Assembly: GCF_964188315.1 (NCBI RefSeq)
Contig: NC_135673.1
Span: 8,308,001-8,372,000, forward strand
DNA length: 64,000 nt
DNA from: Podarcis muralis
Lineage: Eukaryota
Direction: 5' to 3'
The notes beneath the pieces are model-generated. The model made no database searches. It worked only from the letters and a program-made list of their open reading frames with translations, and was not told the origin of the DNA. This document shows positions 1 to 11,947 of the stretch, in pieces (within the stretch, counting starts at the first letter, position 1; each line of letters starts with the position of its first letter). Both the position numbers and the translations under genes were made by a program.

Positions 1-196
1 ACGTGGCAGTTGACGCCATCTGTGACGCCGCCACTGTGCTAATGGGGCAATCTGCATTGTCTCACCTCTATCAAAGCCTTTGGTGAAGGAAACTTTGCTG
101 GAAACAAACCCAGGCATCCCTTATGCATCCTTTCCAGTACTGGGAAAGGCAAAATGACTGGGTCGTTTTGAGGTCTCTCCTCCCACACTGCCTGCT

Positions 197-198
197 TT

Positions 199-244
<46 letters not shown>
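197..244. repeat. (TTTC)n microsatellite
   Basis: Direct inspection. Confidence 0.95.
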
Positions 245-245
<1 letters not shown>

Positions 246-1269
246 CTTCCCTTCTCTTTTTTCTTTTTTTCCATGCTATAACCCAAAGTCTGTCCTAACA
301 GGAAATTTTCAGTCCATTAAAAGCCAAAAGTTACTGGAATTGTGCCTTTTTTCTCTTTTTTTCTGGGCTTTCAGTGAGTTTCTCGAGCATTCTCATTAAT
401 CTTGGAAGGAACAGGTGTGAAAAATTCATCACTTCCCCTCCAGGGCTTGTTCAGACACACTGGTTGTGTAAGACACGACTAGGCTTCTGTCTGGCAGGGC
501 TAGTAATCTGCTTCTAATTAACTGCATGCAATCCTTGTCCCCCCCTGCCCCTGCCACTGATTCATTCCTGAGCCATGAATGAACAGCTAATACAGAAAGT
601 AATCAATAACGGCAAGAGTGTCCTGCAAAACATGAACCTCAGGTCGAGGGCTCACATGTGGCCCTCCAGGAGTCTCTGACTGGCCCTTGGAATTCTCCCC
701 AAACCCCACCCCTTACTGGCTTGGCTTTGTGTTTCTGCCTGGTTGGAATGTGTCCTTCAACTCTCATAGTGTCTTTTCCATGTCTTGATGGAGGGTAGAG
801 AGGGGTGTGCATGTCACTATGAGAGCATGTGGGGAAAGTTGCATACCCTCCAACCAGCTCCCTTTTTGTTATTTATTATCAGTCTGCTATATAATGTACA
901 TATTTCCGATGTTGTTTTATTAAGTTTTATTGCTTTCCTTTGATGTGTATCACTTTGATACATATTGCGAAAAGCGGTATAAAAGTATTCAAATAAATAA
1001 AATAATGAACAAATGAACAGATAAATAAAACATTTTGTCCTACTACTTCTGAATGTTGATCCAGATAGTCCTCCTTTTCTTTTGATCCTATATTGTGACA
1101 AATATGGGTTGTCTCCAATGCTAGTCCTCCTTAGATTTCACCCATTAAAACTAATGGGCCAAAGTCATGTTCATTGGTAATTTCAATGGGTCCACTCTGA
1201 ATAGGCCTTGCATTAGATGCACGCACACAGAAAGAGCTTTATTGTGGTCCATTGACCCAAAATACACAG

Positions 1270-1327
1270 TAAGGTAAAGTTAAAGGAAAAGGGACCCCTG
1301 ACCATTAGGTCCAGTCGTGACTGACTC
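1270..1327 (-). mobile_element. Sauria SINE 3'-end fragment (a similar fragment lies at ~39445-39500)
   Basis: AAGGTAAAG...GGGACCCCTGACCATTAGGTCCAGTCGTGAC is the reverse complement of the subfamily A tail. Confidence 0.75.
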
Positions 1328-2785
1328 AAGGTTGTCACCTTCACGAGCCTGCACATACCACCCAAACAAACAGAAACCCAGCCCCCTGGATATTTCTTGT
1401 AAAATATAAAAATCTGCCCAGATGTATGGCAACCCTATGTAATAGTATCAATCTTATCCTCAAGTAGAATCTTGACATGAAAAGAGTCAGCAATTCCAGG
1501 TTGTTCTGTTAATATTGGATTGATTAGATGCTGCCTAACCTGCTTATACAGACTACTGATGCAACGCTATGAAATTATTAGTGTTGTCAGACATGGAAAA
1601 GACAATGTTAGTAATATGGAGAGAAATGATTAGGCAAGTTAGAAGAAGCGCAAAAATCTAAGTATTAGAATGTTTTAAGGAGAGTTAAAACATTATACGA
1701 TCTGAAGAGAAACCAGAGTAGTACCTGGAGGTAGGCTGTATGAATTGTGTATTGCTTTGTAACGATTTGTCTCTGGGCCGTAATAAAGATTGTTGCTGTT
1801 GTTGAAACATTTGTCATGAATAAAGCTTGAATGCATTAGATTTCTCATTTTTTTTATCAAACTGCATGTCAGAAAAAAGATTTTGTAGGGAAAAGAGTTA
1901 AAGCAAAAGTTGTAACGTCATGTATAGATAGTTATATTGTTTACTATATAAATAGAATAATGTTTAAAAAGAAATTGTCACATGGTCTTCAACAGCATGC
2001 AATCAAGACTCTCATATGAGATTTCTATTTCCTCTTTAATATACAATTCCAGTGGGTTCCACTGGTATCTTTCTTGATTTCTTAATTTAGTTGTTATTCT
2101 AATGATTAATCAAGTTAATCCAAATATTACAACTTTTCTAAACAATGGTTAGCAAAACAAACACAGGAAAATCCCCTATGCATTGCAATAGATTAATGAA
2201 ATAATGCTGTCTCTGGCAACTAATCCAAAATATCCCATGCCTTCAGTGCTTCCATTAATGAGTCATGCTGACATGAACCATTTCCCCCTCCTTGTGACTG
2301 TGATGTAAAAGCCAGGGGAGCCAAATAACAGGGTGTTTAGGGGAATTGATGGGCACTGGGACCTAGAGGAAGCCAGAATAGCAATGTGTCATGGCAACCA
2401 TGTGCACACCTGGTGCTTGGCAGTAGCAGATTAGACCTGATCAAATGCAAGAGGGAAGCACCAGGGGCTGTGTGATGGAGGAATGGAAAACAATCAAGGA
2501 AAGAGTCACGGGTGATGACAGCAACCTCCATTGTAAATAGTTGTAGAGGTCAAAAGAGATCAAAAGGACTTGCCTCTTCTGAAACCCTTGCCTCTTGTTG
2601 GGGCTGTTTGTCTTCAACTGTTACCATGCACATCCCCTGTTGTGTGTAGGGAGGTGTCCTTTCATCATCTGTCTTTGTGTGCATCCCTTTCCATCTGAGA
2701 CTTCACTAGGTGGAATGTTGCTGCATGGTAAGTGGGCTTCTGGGGGCGGGAAATGATTCAGTGCATAGCAGTAATAACCTATTTG

Positions 2786-2787
<2 letters not shown>

Positions 2788-2837
<50 letters not shown>

Positions 2838-3830
2838 GCTTTATTATTTATACCCCACCCATCTGGCTGGGTTCCCCCAGCCACTCTGGGTGGCTTACAG
2901 CACATAATTTTTTTAAAAAAATTGGACATTAAAAATTTCCCGATATAGGGCTGCCTTCAGATGTCTTTTAAAAGTCAGACAGTTGTTTATTTTCTTGATA
3001 TCTGATGGGAGGGCATCCCACAGGGTGGGCGCCACTACTGAGAAGGCCCTCTGCCTGGTTCCCTGTAACTTCACTTCTCGCGGTGAGGGAACCACCTGAG
3101 TCTCCTGCTGCTGTTTTCTGCAGATGCAATAGAGGCAGTGAAGAAGATCCTCTTTGCTGTTGATATCACCACTTGGTAGGCTTGTTGTTGAGCTCTAACC
3201 CATATCTGGTCTGATTCAGAATAAGTTTTCTGCCACTGGCGCTCTAGCTGTCTCAGCAATTGATTCATCACCCTCAGCTCTGGTGGAAACCATAGGGCTG
3301 TCTGGGCTCCATGCAATTGGAGAGGGCACTTCGGAGCCAGACAGTCGATAGCCCTTTTTAACTCCATATTCTAGCAGGTCACCAGGGAATCAGCTGAAAG
3401 GCCATCAATATGGGATAAAACATCACCTACCACTCTTTGGAAACCATTTGTATCCATTAAGTGGAGGGGGTGGAACATCTGAATCAGTCCCACCTCCCTG
3501 CAGAGGGGAAGGGTTGCGGAGAAGTCCAGTTTCACCAGGAAGTGACCATGGCCCTTCTTTTATTTCACTTTTACTTAGTGTCAGATCACCCAGATCCATA
3601 GAGGTGAACACCATGTCTAAGGCGTGTCTGCAGCTACAAGTTGGGCCAAACTTACTCAGGGACAGCCTCATGGACGCCGTGCTTTCCACGAAGTCCCGAG
3701 CAGCCCCTTGTAAGGTTGTGTCGGCATGGATGTTAAAATCCCCCAGGACAACCAAGCTAGGTGTCTCCAGCAGACCATCCACCATGACTGGAAGCAGATC
3801 GGGCAACGAATCCTTGCTAACCTTCACAGG
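2788..3830 (-). mobile_element. L2 LINE with internal deletion (endonuclease/linker joined to the ORF2 C-terminus and 3' end)
   Basis: LVVLGDFNIH (APE domain) at ~3750; linker WFPPELR..AYQVVISTAKRIFF; C-terminal AFSVVAPTLWDALP; (AAT)n tail; no RT core between them. Confidence 0.8.
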
Positions 3831-5394
3831 ACCCATGATGCAGTATGACTGCAAAAAAATAATAATGTAGAAAATAAAACAAAACAAACAATGGGATAGT
3901 ATTAATATAGCAACGTACTACAGGAAGCTCTTCAAATTCAATTTGGTAGCCAGTGTGTTGAAATCTGCTCCTTGAGATAGGGTAATTGAAACACAAAAAT
4001 GAATCATTACAGTCTCTTTTGCACAATTTAAAACTGCACATGTCCTGATGCCACACATTGCAGAAGAAAATAAATTCAAAATCATTCCCTTTTCCCTAAC
4101 CTACCACCACCAACATGATGGGAGCACAACAGGGTCTGAATTCTTCATCCCAACTCCCCTTGATAGTCCCTTTGGGGAATTGCCATAGTTCAATGGTGAA
4201 GCATCTCCTTTGCACACAGAGGGTCCCAGCTTCAATCTTCAGCATCTTCAGGTAGACCTAGGAGAAAACCCTGTTTAAAATTCTGGAGAGCCACCATCAG
4301 TATAGATAGATATTTTTAGGGTTGCCAAATTCTAAAAAGCAAAAAAGAGTTCACAGCCTTCTAGGTCAGTATTGTTTACACTGACTGGCAGCAGCTCTCC
4401 AGGGTTTCAGGCAGGGACTCTTTACCCAGGCCCACCTGGAGATGCCAAGGATTGAATCTGGGGCCTTCTGCATTCAGAGCAGATGCTCTGCCACTGAGCT
4501 ACGGCCCTAAAACAAGCAGAAGATTGCACGATCAGGGAGAGGTTTCAAGAGATGGACAGAGCCTGGATGAGGCTCTCACTCAGCATTAGGCAGAGGCTGG
4601 GCAGTGTAGTGTAGTGTAGGGGTAGAACTCTGGACTTGGAGGGGGGAGGGGAAAGCCCTTGGCAGGACGAGGGAGTCAGGGGAGCGAATGGAAGAGGGAT
4701 CCCAGCAGAAGGAGAAGAGAGAGGGAAGGAAAGGAAGAGGGTCTGGAGGAGGAGAGGGGAGTGCTGGGGGGCGGTAGGGGCAAGGGAAGCACTGAAAAAG
4801 GTATACAATGGCGAGAGGCTGGGATGGGGGCAAGGGAATGAAGCAACAGAAAAAGGGAGAGCAAGCAAATGGGAGCGATCAGAAATCGAAGCAGGAGGAA
4901 AACTCGTTTGGGGGAAAAATCAGGGAGCGCAGCAGAGATTGGGGTAAAGGAGGGAGGAGGGAGATTAAATCGGTAAGTCCCACTTGGGGAGAAGAAGAGT
5001 CTCCCAGAGCCAAAGATAGCCTCATTTTCTGGAGGATGCCCACAAAAGAGAAAAGAAAGGGGGTTGTGTGGTGTGGGGAGGGATCGTTGGATGGCAAAAG
5101 AGAGTGGGAGAGGGGGATGCGGAGGAGGGCACACTGGGGGAGGAAGGGGAGGGAGCCCGAGAGAGAGTGAGAGAGAGGCACTATCGATTTTGTCCTGGGG
5201 GGCTTCAATCAGGAAGTGCTGCTGCAGTCGGGTGCTGAGAGGTGACTGCCTGTCTCTCTGTCTCCCTTCCTCCGCTCTTTCCCTCTCTCTCACACAGGGG
5301 AATTCAAAATCGCCCCAGCACGTGCATGACACACACACATACAACCCCAATTCAATGGGTTTTCCAAATGACAAATAAACACGCACTGTTGGCA

Positions 5395-5632
5395 GGGGAC
5401 CTTCTCAGTAGTGGCACCTTTCCTGTGGAACACCCTTCCTACAGATGTCAAGGAGATAAAGAATTACACAGCTTTTAGAAGACATCTGAAGGCAGCCCTG
5501 TATTGGGAGGTTTTCAAAGCTTGATGTTTTTATGATGTTTTTAGATATGCTGTAAACCGCCCAGAGTGGCTAGGGAAACCCAGCTAGATGAACAGTGTAT
5601 AAATGATAGCATTGTTGTTGTTATTATTATTA
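5395..5632 (+). mobile_element. L2 LINE 3' fragment
   Basis: AGACATCTGAAGGCAGCCCTG...CCCAGAGTGGCTAGGGAAACCCAGCTAGATG, same family as the 2788-3090 segment. Confidence 0.8.
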
Positions 5633-7101
5633 TTGCAGCTGTCTTCTCCTTTCTGTGCCGCAGCCCCTCCAAACCCACTCTGCATCTTCACACTCTTGCG
5701 CCAAAGCACTTGAAAGTGGTGCAAGAAAAGAGACTCAAGTGCCATAGCCAGGCAAGCAGCCAATCAGAAGCTTTGGTGATGATATCCAAAGCGTACCTGT
5801 GTTTCAGTTCACTTATTGCTTTGGAAAGTGAAATTAGGAAGGTTCACATTTAAATGTAGAATCGATTTCATTGTTGGCCGTTCTCCATTTTTCCCTCTAC
5901 AGAACCCTGTGAGGTAGATTGGGTTGAGAGACAGTAATGTGGTTTCCCATTGAGCTTTGAACTCTGGTCTCCCAGATCCTAGTCCAATGCTCTAACTACA
6001 ACACCAGTTGTGTATAGGCTATAGGAATAATGTACCATAGAGGGAAGGTTGCCTCCCTCATTCTCAGATTTGAGAATTATCTAGTCACAGCCTCTCCATC
6101 TTACCAGGATTCAATCTGATGTTAGCTTTGCACTGGATTTCACCACCATCTTCCTACCTGGAAAAACAAGGTGATAGGGAGTTGTTCTTGGGGTGGGGGG
6201 GGGGTAGGGAGAGAGATTATATCTTAATTCTCCATAATCGTGCACAGCGAACATAATGACAGCTTACTCATTCCTTCTGGACTGCCAAACATTCTCTCTT
6301 TCCCTGCTCTGCAAGTCTGAGCTGAGCAACGGGAAAAGATTGCAGAGAATCTGTCATCAGAGCATTGCAACGGAGCTACTGAAATCTGCTGGAAGGGATT
6401 TTGGGATGGCAGCTGTCTTTAATAATAATTTAAACACACACACACACAAGTTAACCACAGAAAATGTGAACAAGTCAAATCCCATATGCTTGGAGGTTTC
6501 CTTCTCGTCCCCAAAGACGTCGAGGCAGGATATGAGCAGAGGTGTACGCTGCTGTGCCGGAAATGCAGAGAGAAACATGAGGCATTATGCCTCCCTATGC
6601 TCTCTTTGTCTGCCTTTCGGGAATGACCTCATCAGCCACGGCCTCCCACCATGACAGGAACTGGAGAACCATACATGGCCCAGAAGAAAACACAAGGGCT
6701 GAAGGAACTGTACACACTATACGGCTTAATCAGAGGATCTTGTCCCATGTGGCTTACTTTCCAGATATGCGGGGCTGGAGTAGGTGTTGAAAAGGGCCAG
6801 GAAAATCAACAGAAGCTTGGAACGACTTCATTGTTTGAGGAAAGCTTACGGCTGGGGTATAGAAACTCTTTCAGCCCAGGGGCCACATTCCCTTCGGAGA
6901 ACCTTTTCATTCAAATAGTGGGTTGGACCAGAGACAAAAGTGGGCAGAGAAATGAATGTACATTTTAGATTTGTACAGTAGGCTAGTTTCTACACTTACT
7001 CGCACACCTCTCTCTGTCCTCCATCCACATCAGAGTTCAAAGACACTTCTGGCCTGGCAAAAATACTCAGCACTTCAGTACCTGTCATTGAACTACTGGT
7101 A

Positions 7102-7500
7102 GAGATGGGGGAGAAATTCTATTTACAGTTTCCAAAACAATATGAGAACTGAAACACAGACATTCTTTGAAATCAGCACTTCTCTGAATTTTGTTATGCA
7201 GTTCTCCAGTTAAACAATGTGTGCAAAAATGTATAAATTAGGGGGGAGTGTGCATAAAAAATGAATAAATTAATGAAAATAGCTTGGAACATGCATTATA
7301 TCAAGTTAAATGCCTTGAAAAAAGCTGCATGACTAGCAAATTGCCTACAAAAAATGTGTTTATTAAGAGAAAATTGCACTAAAACATGAATAATTTTTTA
7401 TATGTATAGAAGGGGTAAATTCCTGCAGCAACATTAAGAACTGAATTTAAGATGGGGAAAAGGAGAGACAAAGAGAACCAGAACTGACAGATCCATCCCT
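7102..7500. repeat. Dispersed ~400-bp MITE-like repeat (inverted relative at ~32215-32605, partial at ~18120-18240)
   Basis: Shared GAATTTTG..ATGCAGTTCTCC, GCAAATTGCA and TTTTGGAAACTG blocks; GGGATGG/CCATCCC-like ends. Confidence 0.5.
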
Positions 7501-8928
7501 ATGGGCAATCTTCCATAGGCTGCATGCTAATTGTGGGAGAAGGTGGAGCCAAAGATGGGCAGGACAACAGATAAGGCTCTCACTTTTGTACAGTTAGCTA
7601 CGTTCCAACCACACAAAAGCCAAAAGTTTCTAAACATGCAGCTCTCCACTGTATATCCAGGAAAGCAAGAGGTGTTAATGAGCACGGTTCAAGGACACGT
7701 CCCAACCAGGCAAAGGCACTTGAGAAGCTGCCCATTAGGTAGCATAATATATCCTTCAGACTCAGAACAGTTCTCCACCCTTATTCTAACCATTATGCTG
7801 CACCAGATGTGAAGAGTGTTGTATTCAATGAGTACACTAAAATCCACCTACCCCCACTCCCACACATAAACAAATCTCACTACAGCCAACCAAAGACAAC
7901 CAACCACCTCCTAGGCCACCCCCCCAACCTCTCTCACCACCAAGGAAATACAACAAGTGAATAGTAAGAGAACCCATACAAGTGACCCTGACACAACCCC
8001 CTCCCCACATACACTAAGTAGTAGAATAGAAGCATTACCACCCCACCCCACTCACCACTCCCCCTCCCCTCTCCCCCTTTTCTTCCCAACCTAATACTGC
8101 ATGCAACACTAATGTCTCACAACAAATGAAACTTATCTGTAGAAAACACAACTTGAAAAGACACAATGCACGTATTTTCGTAAACTAAGAAATCTTTAAT
8201 AATTTTTTTTAATGAAATGAAATAAAAAGTGTATTTTTATTTTTATTTAAAGAGGGTTATACAAATCAACAGAGGAGAAGTCTGTTGATGGCCATGATGA
8301 ATACTCCACTCTCCACAGTCAGTGAAGGTATGCCTGAATACCAGTTGCTGCAAATCACAGATGTTGGGATCGCTGTTGTGCTCAGGGTCTGCTCTTGGGC
8401 TTTTCAGGCATTAGGCCAGCCACTGTGAGATCAGGACGCTGGACTGACTGGATGGGGTTTTGCAGCTTCATTTTTTTTCTGGCTCCACAGAGATAATGTC
8501 TGTTCTGCAAACCATATTAATATCAACGCATGATGGGGCCTCTCAGTTGTGCCCCTGAATGCTTTGTTTTCTCCAGTGGTTTCCTTGTGTTCCTCAGCAA
8601 ATTCAGCCTTTTCTTTCCCTGCATCCTACTGTATCACCCTACTTTAGGGACATCCCAAGAAAACAGTGAATCTCTCTCTCTCTCTCTCCACTCCAACCCC
8701 CCCCCCCCCCGAAACTAGTTGGCTAATGGCTCCAGCATGTGTGCTTCTGTCGGAAGTGAGAACTGCATGTAAAGTTATCAGACATCCATCCATCAGAGTA
8801 AGTGGCTCCCTCCTCTCACCTTGCCCCACACATTGTTAAATGCTTTGTAGAGCAGTTAAAAGCTGCTGCTGCTAGATGATTCATTGCAAACCCACACAGG
8901 GGCTGTGGAGTGGCTGAATCAGCAAAGC

Positions 8929-8931
<3 letters not shown>

Positions 8932-9012
<81 letters not shown>
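8932..9012. repeat. Compound (TA)n(CA)n microsatellite
   Basis: Direct inspection. Confidence 0.95.
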
Positions 9013-9014
<2 letters not shown>

Positions 9015-9019
9015 GGGTT

Positions 9020-9990
9020 GGGAACCCTGTGGTGGAGTCAACCTCTTTCCAAATTTGAGCGAGTTTATTTGGGGGGGAGGGGACTTTGCAAAATAATTTT
9101 TGGAGTCCTTACAGGACCCTGATGGAGAAGGTGGTACTGTTAAACTACATGAAAGAGTCTCCTGGAACTGTTTTCAGCAGATGCAAAAGAAATGATGAAG
9201 AAGGCCTTCTTTACTATCATTATTGCCACTTGGTAGGCTCAACATTGAACTCTAACCTGTGTTTTCACCAATGGTGCTCTAGCAGTCTCAGTGATTATTT
9301 TATCACCCCATGGTCCCCATCCCCCCAGTTTTTCCTGATCCCATGTTGATGGCATCCCATCTGATTCCCTGGAATGCGGAGTTAACCAGGACTACCAACT
9401 GTCTGTCTCCAAAGTGCTCTCTCTGCAGCATCAGAGAGGCAGAGACCGAGGAAGGGGTGGGTGGTGGGTGTGGGCTGCCCCAGGTATCACCACTGAGGGG
9501 CTGATGAAATGCCGGGCGGCACTCACCGCGGGGCCTGCAGCGCACCCGAGCCACGTGTCTCTCCTGAGAGAGACGCGGTGGCTTGGGTGTGCGCAGGCTC
9601 CACGCTGCCCAAACGGTCCGCCCGCTGCCTTCCCCCCCTCCCAGCTGTAGGGTGGCTGAGTGGGAGGAGGCAGGCATACTCTTGAGGCCCCGCGGCACCC
9701 AAGCAGCTTCCTCTGCTGCTGCAGAGAGGGCACTTTGGAGACAGACAGTTGGTAGCCCTGGTTAACTCCGCATTCCAGGGAATCAGATGGGAGGCCATCA
9801 ACATGGGATAATGTATCCCCTACTATTTGGACCATTCAAATTGGTGCCACCTCCTTTCAGAGGGGAAGGGTTGCACAGAAGTCTAGTTGCGCCAGGAAGT
9901 GATCTGACCATGGCACTTCTTTTGTTTCACTTTTACTTAGTGTCAGACCACCCATGTGCACAGAGGTAAAGGCATGTCCAAGGCTTTGAG
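9020..9990 (-). mobile_element. L2 internal fragment (linker/endonuclease end) containing an inverted rearrangement
   Basis: 9150-9310 and 9720-9990 align with the L2 at 3098-3275 and 3318-3640. Confidence 0.75.
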
Positions 9991-10423
9991 TAGGGCCATT
10001 TTATCCACCCAAGTTCTACTTCCCCAGCCATTATATTGGCTAGGCCGTACTTTTGAGGCAGCCCTGGCCCTCTCCCCTTAAAAACAAATGAACTTATAGA
10101 AAACTAACTTAAAAAGTACACATAACAATTTAAAAATGATTTGAAACATCCCTCACCCCATTAAAATATTAAAATGGGGATGATTTTATAAAGGAATGGA
10201 GAGAAGGTAGGACCACGAGAATCTCTGCTCATTGTCTGTCTCTGTTGACAGGACTGCCTCCTTCTGGTCACATTGGGAACTGACACTCGCCCAGCAATTC
10301 AAGCTGAAACATCTGGCAGAAACACCTTGAAGGCAGCCCTCAAGGACCCCCTGGGATGGGGCTTTGCCCATGATCTTGTTTGAGCACTCCACAAGGGTGT
10401 TGTGAATGACCTTGGCACAATAG

Positions 10424-10570
10424 AAGGTAGCTCAGTCAATAGAGCATGAAACTCTTATCGGCAGGGTCATGGGTTTGAGCCCCACATAGGGTAAAAAGAT
10501 TCCTTCATTGCAGGGGGTTGGACGGGATGGCCCTCGTGGTTCTTTCCAACTCTACAATTCTATGATTCTA
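10424..10570 (+). mobile_element. SINE with tRNA-like head and CR1-like tail (Squam2/Anolis SINE2-like)
   Basis: A/B-box-like GTAGCTCAGTC..GGGTTTGAGCCCC followed by TTGCAGGGGGTTGGAC..CCAACTCTACAATTCTATGATTCT. Confidence 0.7.
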
Positions 10571-11071
10571 AGAGGTCTGGGACTTGATCAAGCTGAGACA
10601 CTGAGTGTAGGGCAGGCTCTCTACCTAGACCGTGCCCAGCTTGGTAGCTGTCAGCACGGGGGTCAGTGAGTGCCTGCCACTGTCAAAACTCTGGGAGAGG
10701 CACCTGTAGACCAAGTGTAGCCCCAACTCCAGCAGGTTGCGCAAGGCATAAAATTCCTCGAATAAAAACCGCAGCTGACTCTATTCACCTAAGCATCTGC
10801 TTTTGAGATGCCCCAGCTATCAACAAAGCATATACTTTTCATGAGCACTGGAAAACTAGTTCACATTTGTGTGTGTACACATGCACACACTGGATATATG
10901 GTGCTGCCTTAAGAGGACTGTGCTGGAGAGTCCTGGCAGCCTTAGTGATCTGATGGGGTGTGTGGGGTGGGTGTGGGTGGGTGGGTGTTTACAAAAATAT
11001 AATGAAATGTGCAATATTCCTTGGGGAAATGCTCTCCCCTCTGAATCATTTGATGCCTTGAGCTGAGTTTC

Positions 11072-11073
<2 letters not shown>

Positions 11074-11114
<41 letters not shown>
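11074..11114. repeat. (CA)n microsatellite upstream of the TNC promoter
   Basis: Direct inspection. Confidence 0.95.
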
Positions 11115-11116
<2 letters not shown>

Positions 11117-11159
11117 CCCTTAGTGGGGAGGAAAGGGGGTGCGGTTATGCCTTCCTCTC

Positions 11160-11360
11160 ATCATAAATTACATGCAAATGCCTTTTGTGCCTCCGTGCCT
11201 ATATATGTGAGTGCCTGTGTCTTCCACACAAGCAAGCGCAGGGTCCAGAGAGGACCTGTGCCTTTAATTTGCCAACTTGAAAACTACAGAGTCTGTGCCT
11301 TGAAGGCATCCCATTACAGTGGAATGAGCTAAGGATCTACTCAGCTATATAAACCAGCAG
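11160..11360 (+). promoter_or_regulatory. TNC: TNC proximal promoter: TATA box, octamer, homeodomain/NF1-like motifs
   Basis: TATATAAA at 11346-11353; octamer ATGCAAAT at 11172-11179; CCTTTAATTTGCCAA at 11261-11275. The context ATTACAG..GAGCT..GCTATATAA.CCAGC..GCCTTACTGTCA closely resembles the 5' end of human TNC as I recall it. Confidence 0.85.
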
Positions 11361-11377
11361 AAACTGCTTACTCCAAC

Positions 11378-11588
11378 CAGAGTTTGCCTTACTGTCAAAC
11401 ATTCTCCCTCCCTCTCTTTTCCCCTCTCTCTGTCTTTCTCTCTCTGACTTGTCCCGTCTATACCATAGATGGGACAAGTTTTCTGATTTTCCCCCCTCAA
11501 GACAGAAGCGGACAAGAGTAAAGCATCCTATTTATCCCCTGGAGACTTGACACAGCACAAGGAACTAACACATATCAAAGGCAAGCAG
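11378..11588 (+). other. TNC: TNC exon 1, non-coding 5' UTR (start approximate)
   Basis: Begins ~25-30 nt after the TATA box and ends at a consensus donor CAG|GTAAGT (11588/11589). Vertebrate TNC has a non-coding exon 1 followed by a very large intron. Confidence 0.8.
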
Positions 11589-11906
11589 GTAAGTCTTCTC
11601 TCCAACATTGAGCATGACATTTTTCAGGAGATGGAAAAGTGAATGTGTTAGAATAGGTTCAATTTTTTTATGGTTCTTTTTTTCTGAGTTGCGGGAGTTT
11701 GGAACTGGAGATGCTTTTGAGATTACTAGGTGATAAAGATATAGATGATACAGATACAGATATAGATATGCAGAAATTTAAAAGTTTGTTTATTTTGTGT
11801 AATGCCAGATGGGATCAGATCTGTGTTTCTATGGTGTTTTCAGTGGATGCATAAATTAGCCAATGAATGAATGAGAGATGAAGGCATGCTAATGGAGGGT
11901 GTGCAT

Positions 11907-11907
<1 letters not shown>

Positions 11908-11945
<38 letters not shown>
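11908..11945. repeat. (CA)n microsatellite at the 5' end of intron 1
   Basis: Direct inspection. Confidence 0.95.

Positions 11946-11947
<2 letters not shown>

Noticed and set aside
61-90. Inverted TCF/LEF-like pair ATCAAAG..CTTTG
   Set aside because: Short motifs at the window edge with no supporting context; plausibly chance.
4545-5478. Several overlapping 85-236-aa ORFs
   Set aside because: Low-complexity translations of a purine-skewed tract; no domain, splice or codon evidence.
10028-10039. CCATTATATTGG as an SRF CArG box upstream of TNC
   Set aside because: It has eight A/T bases between CC and GG, not the required six.
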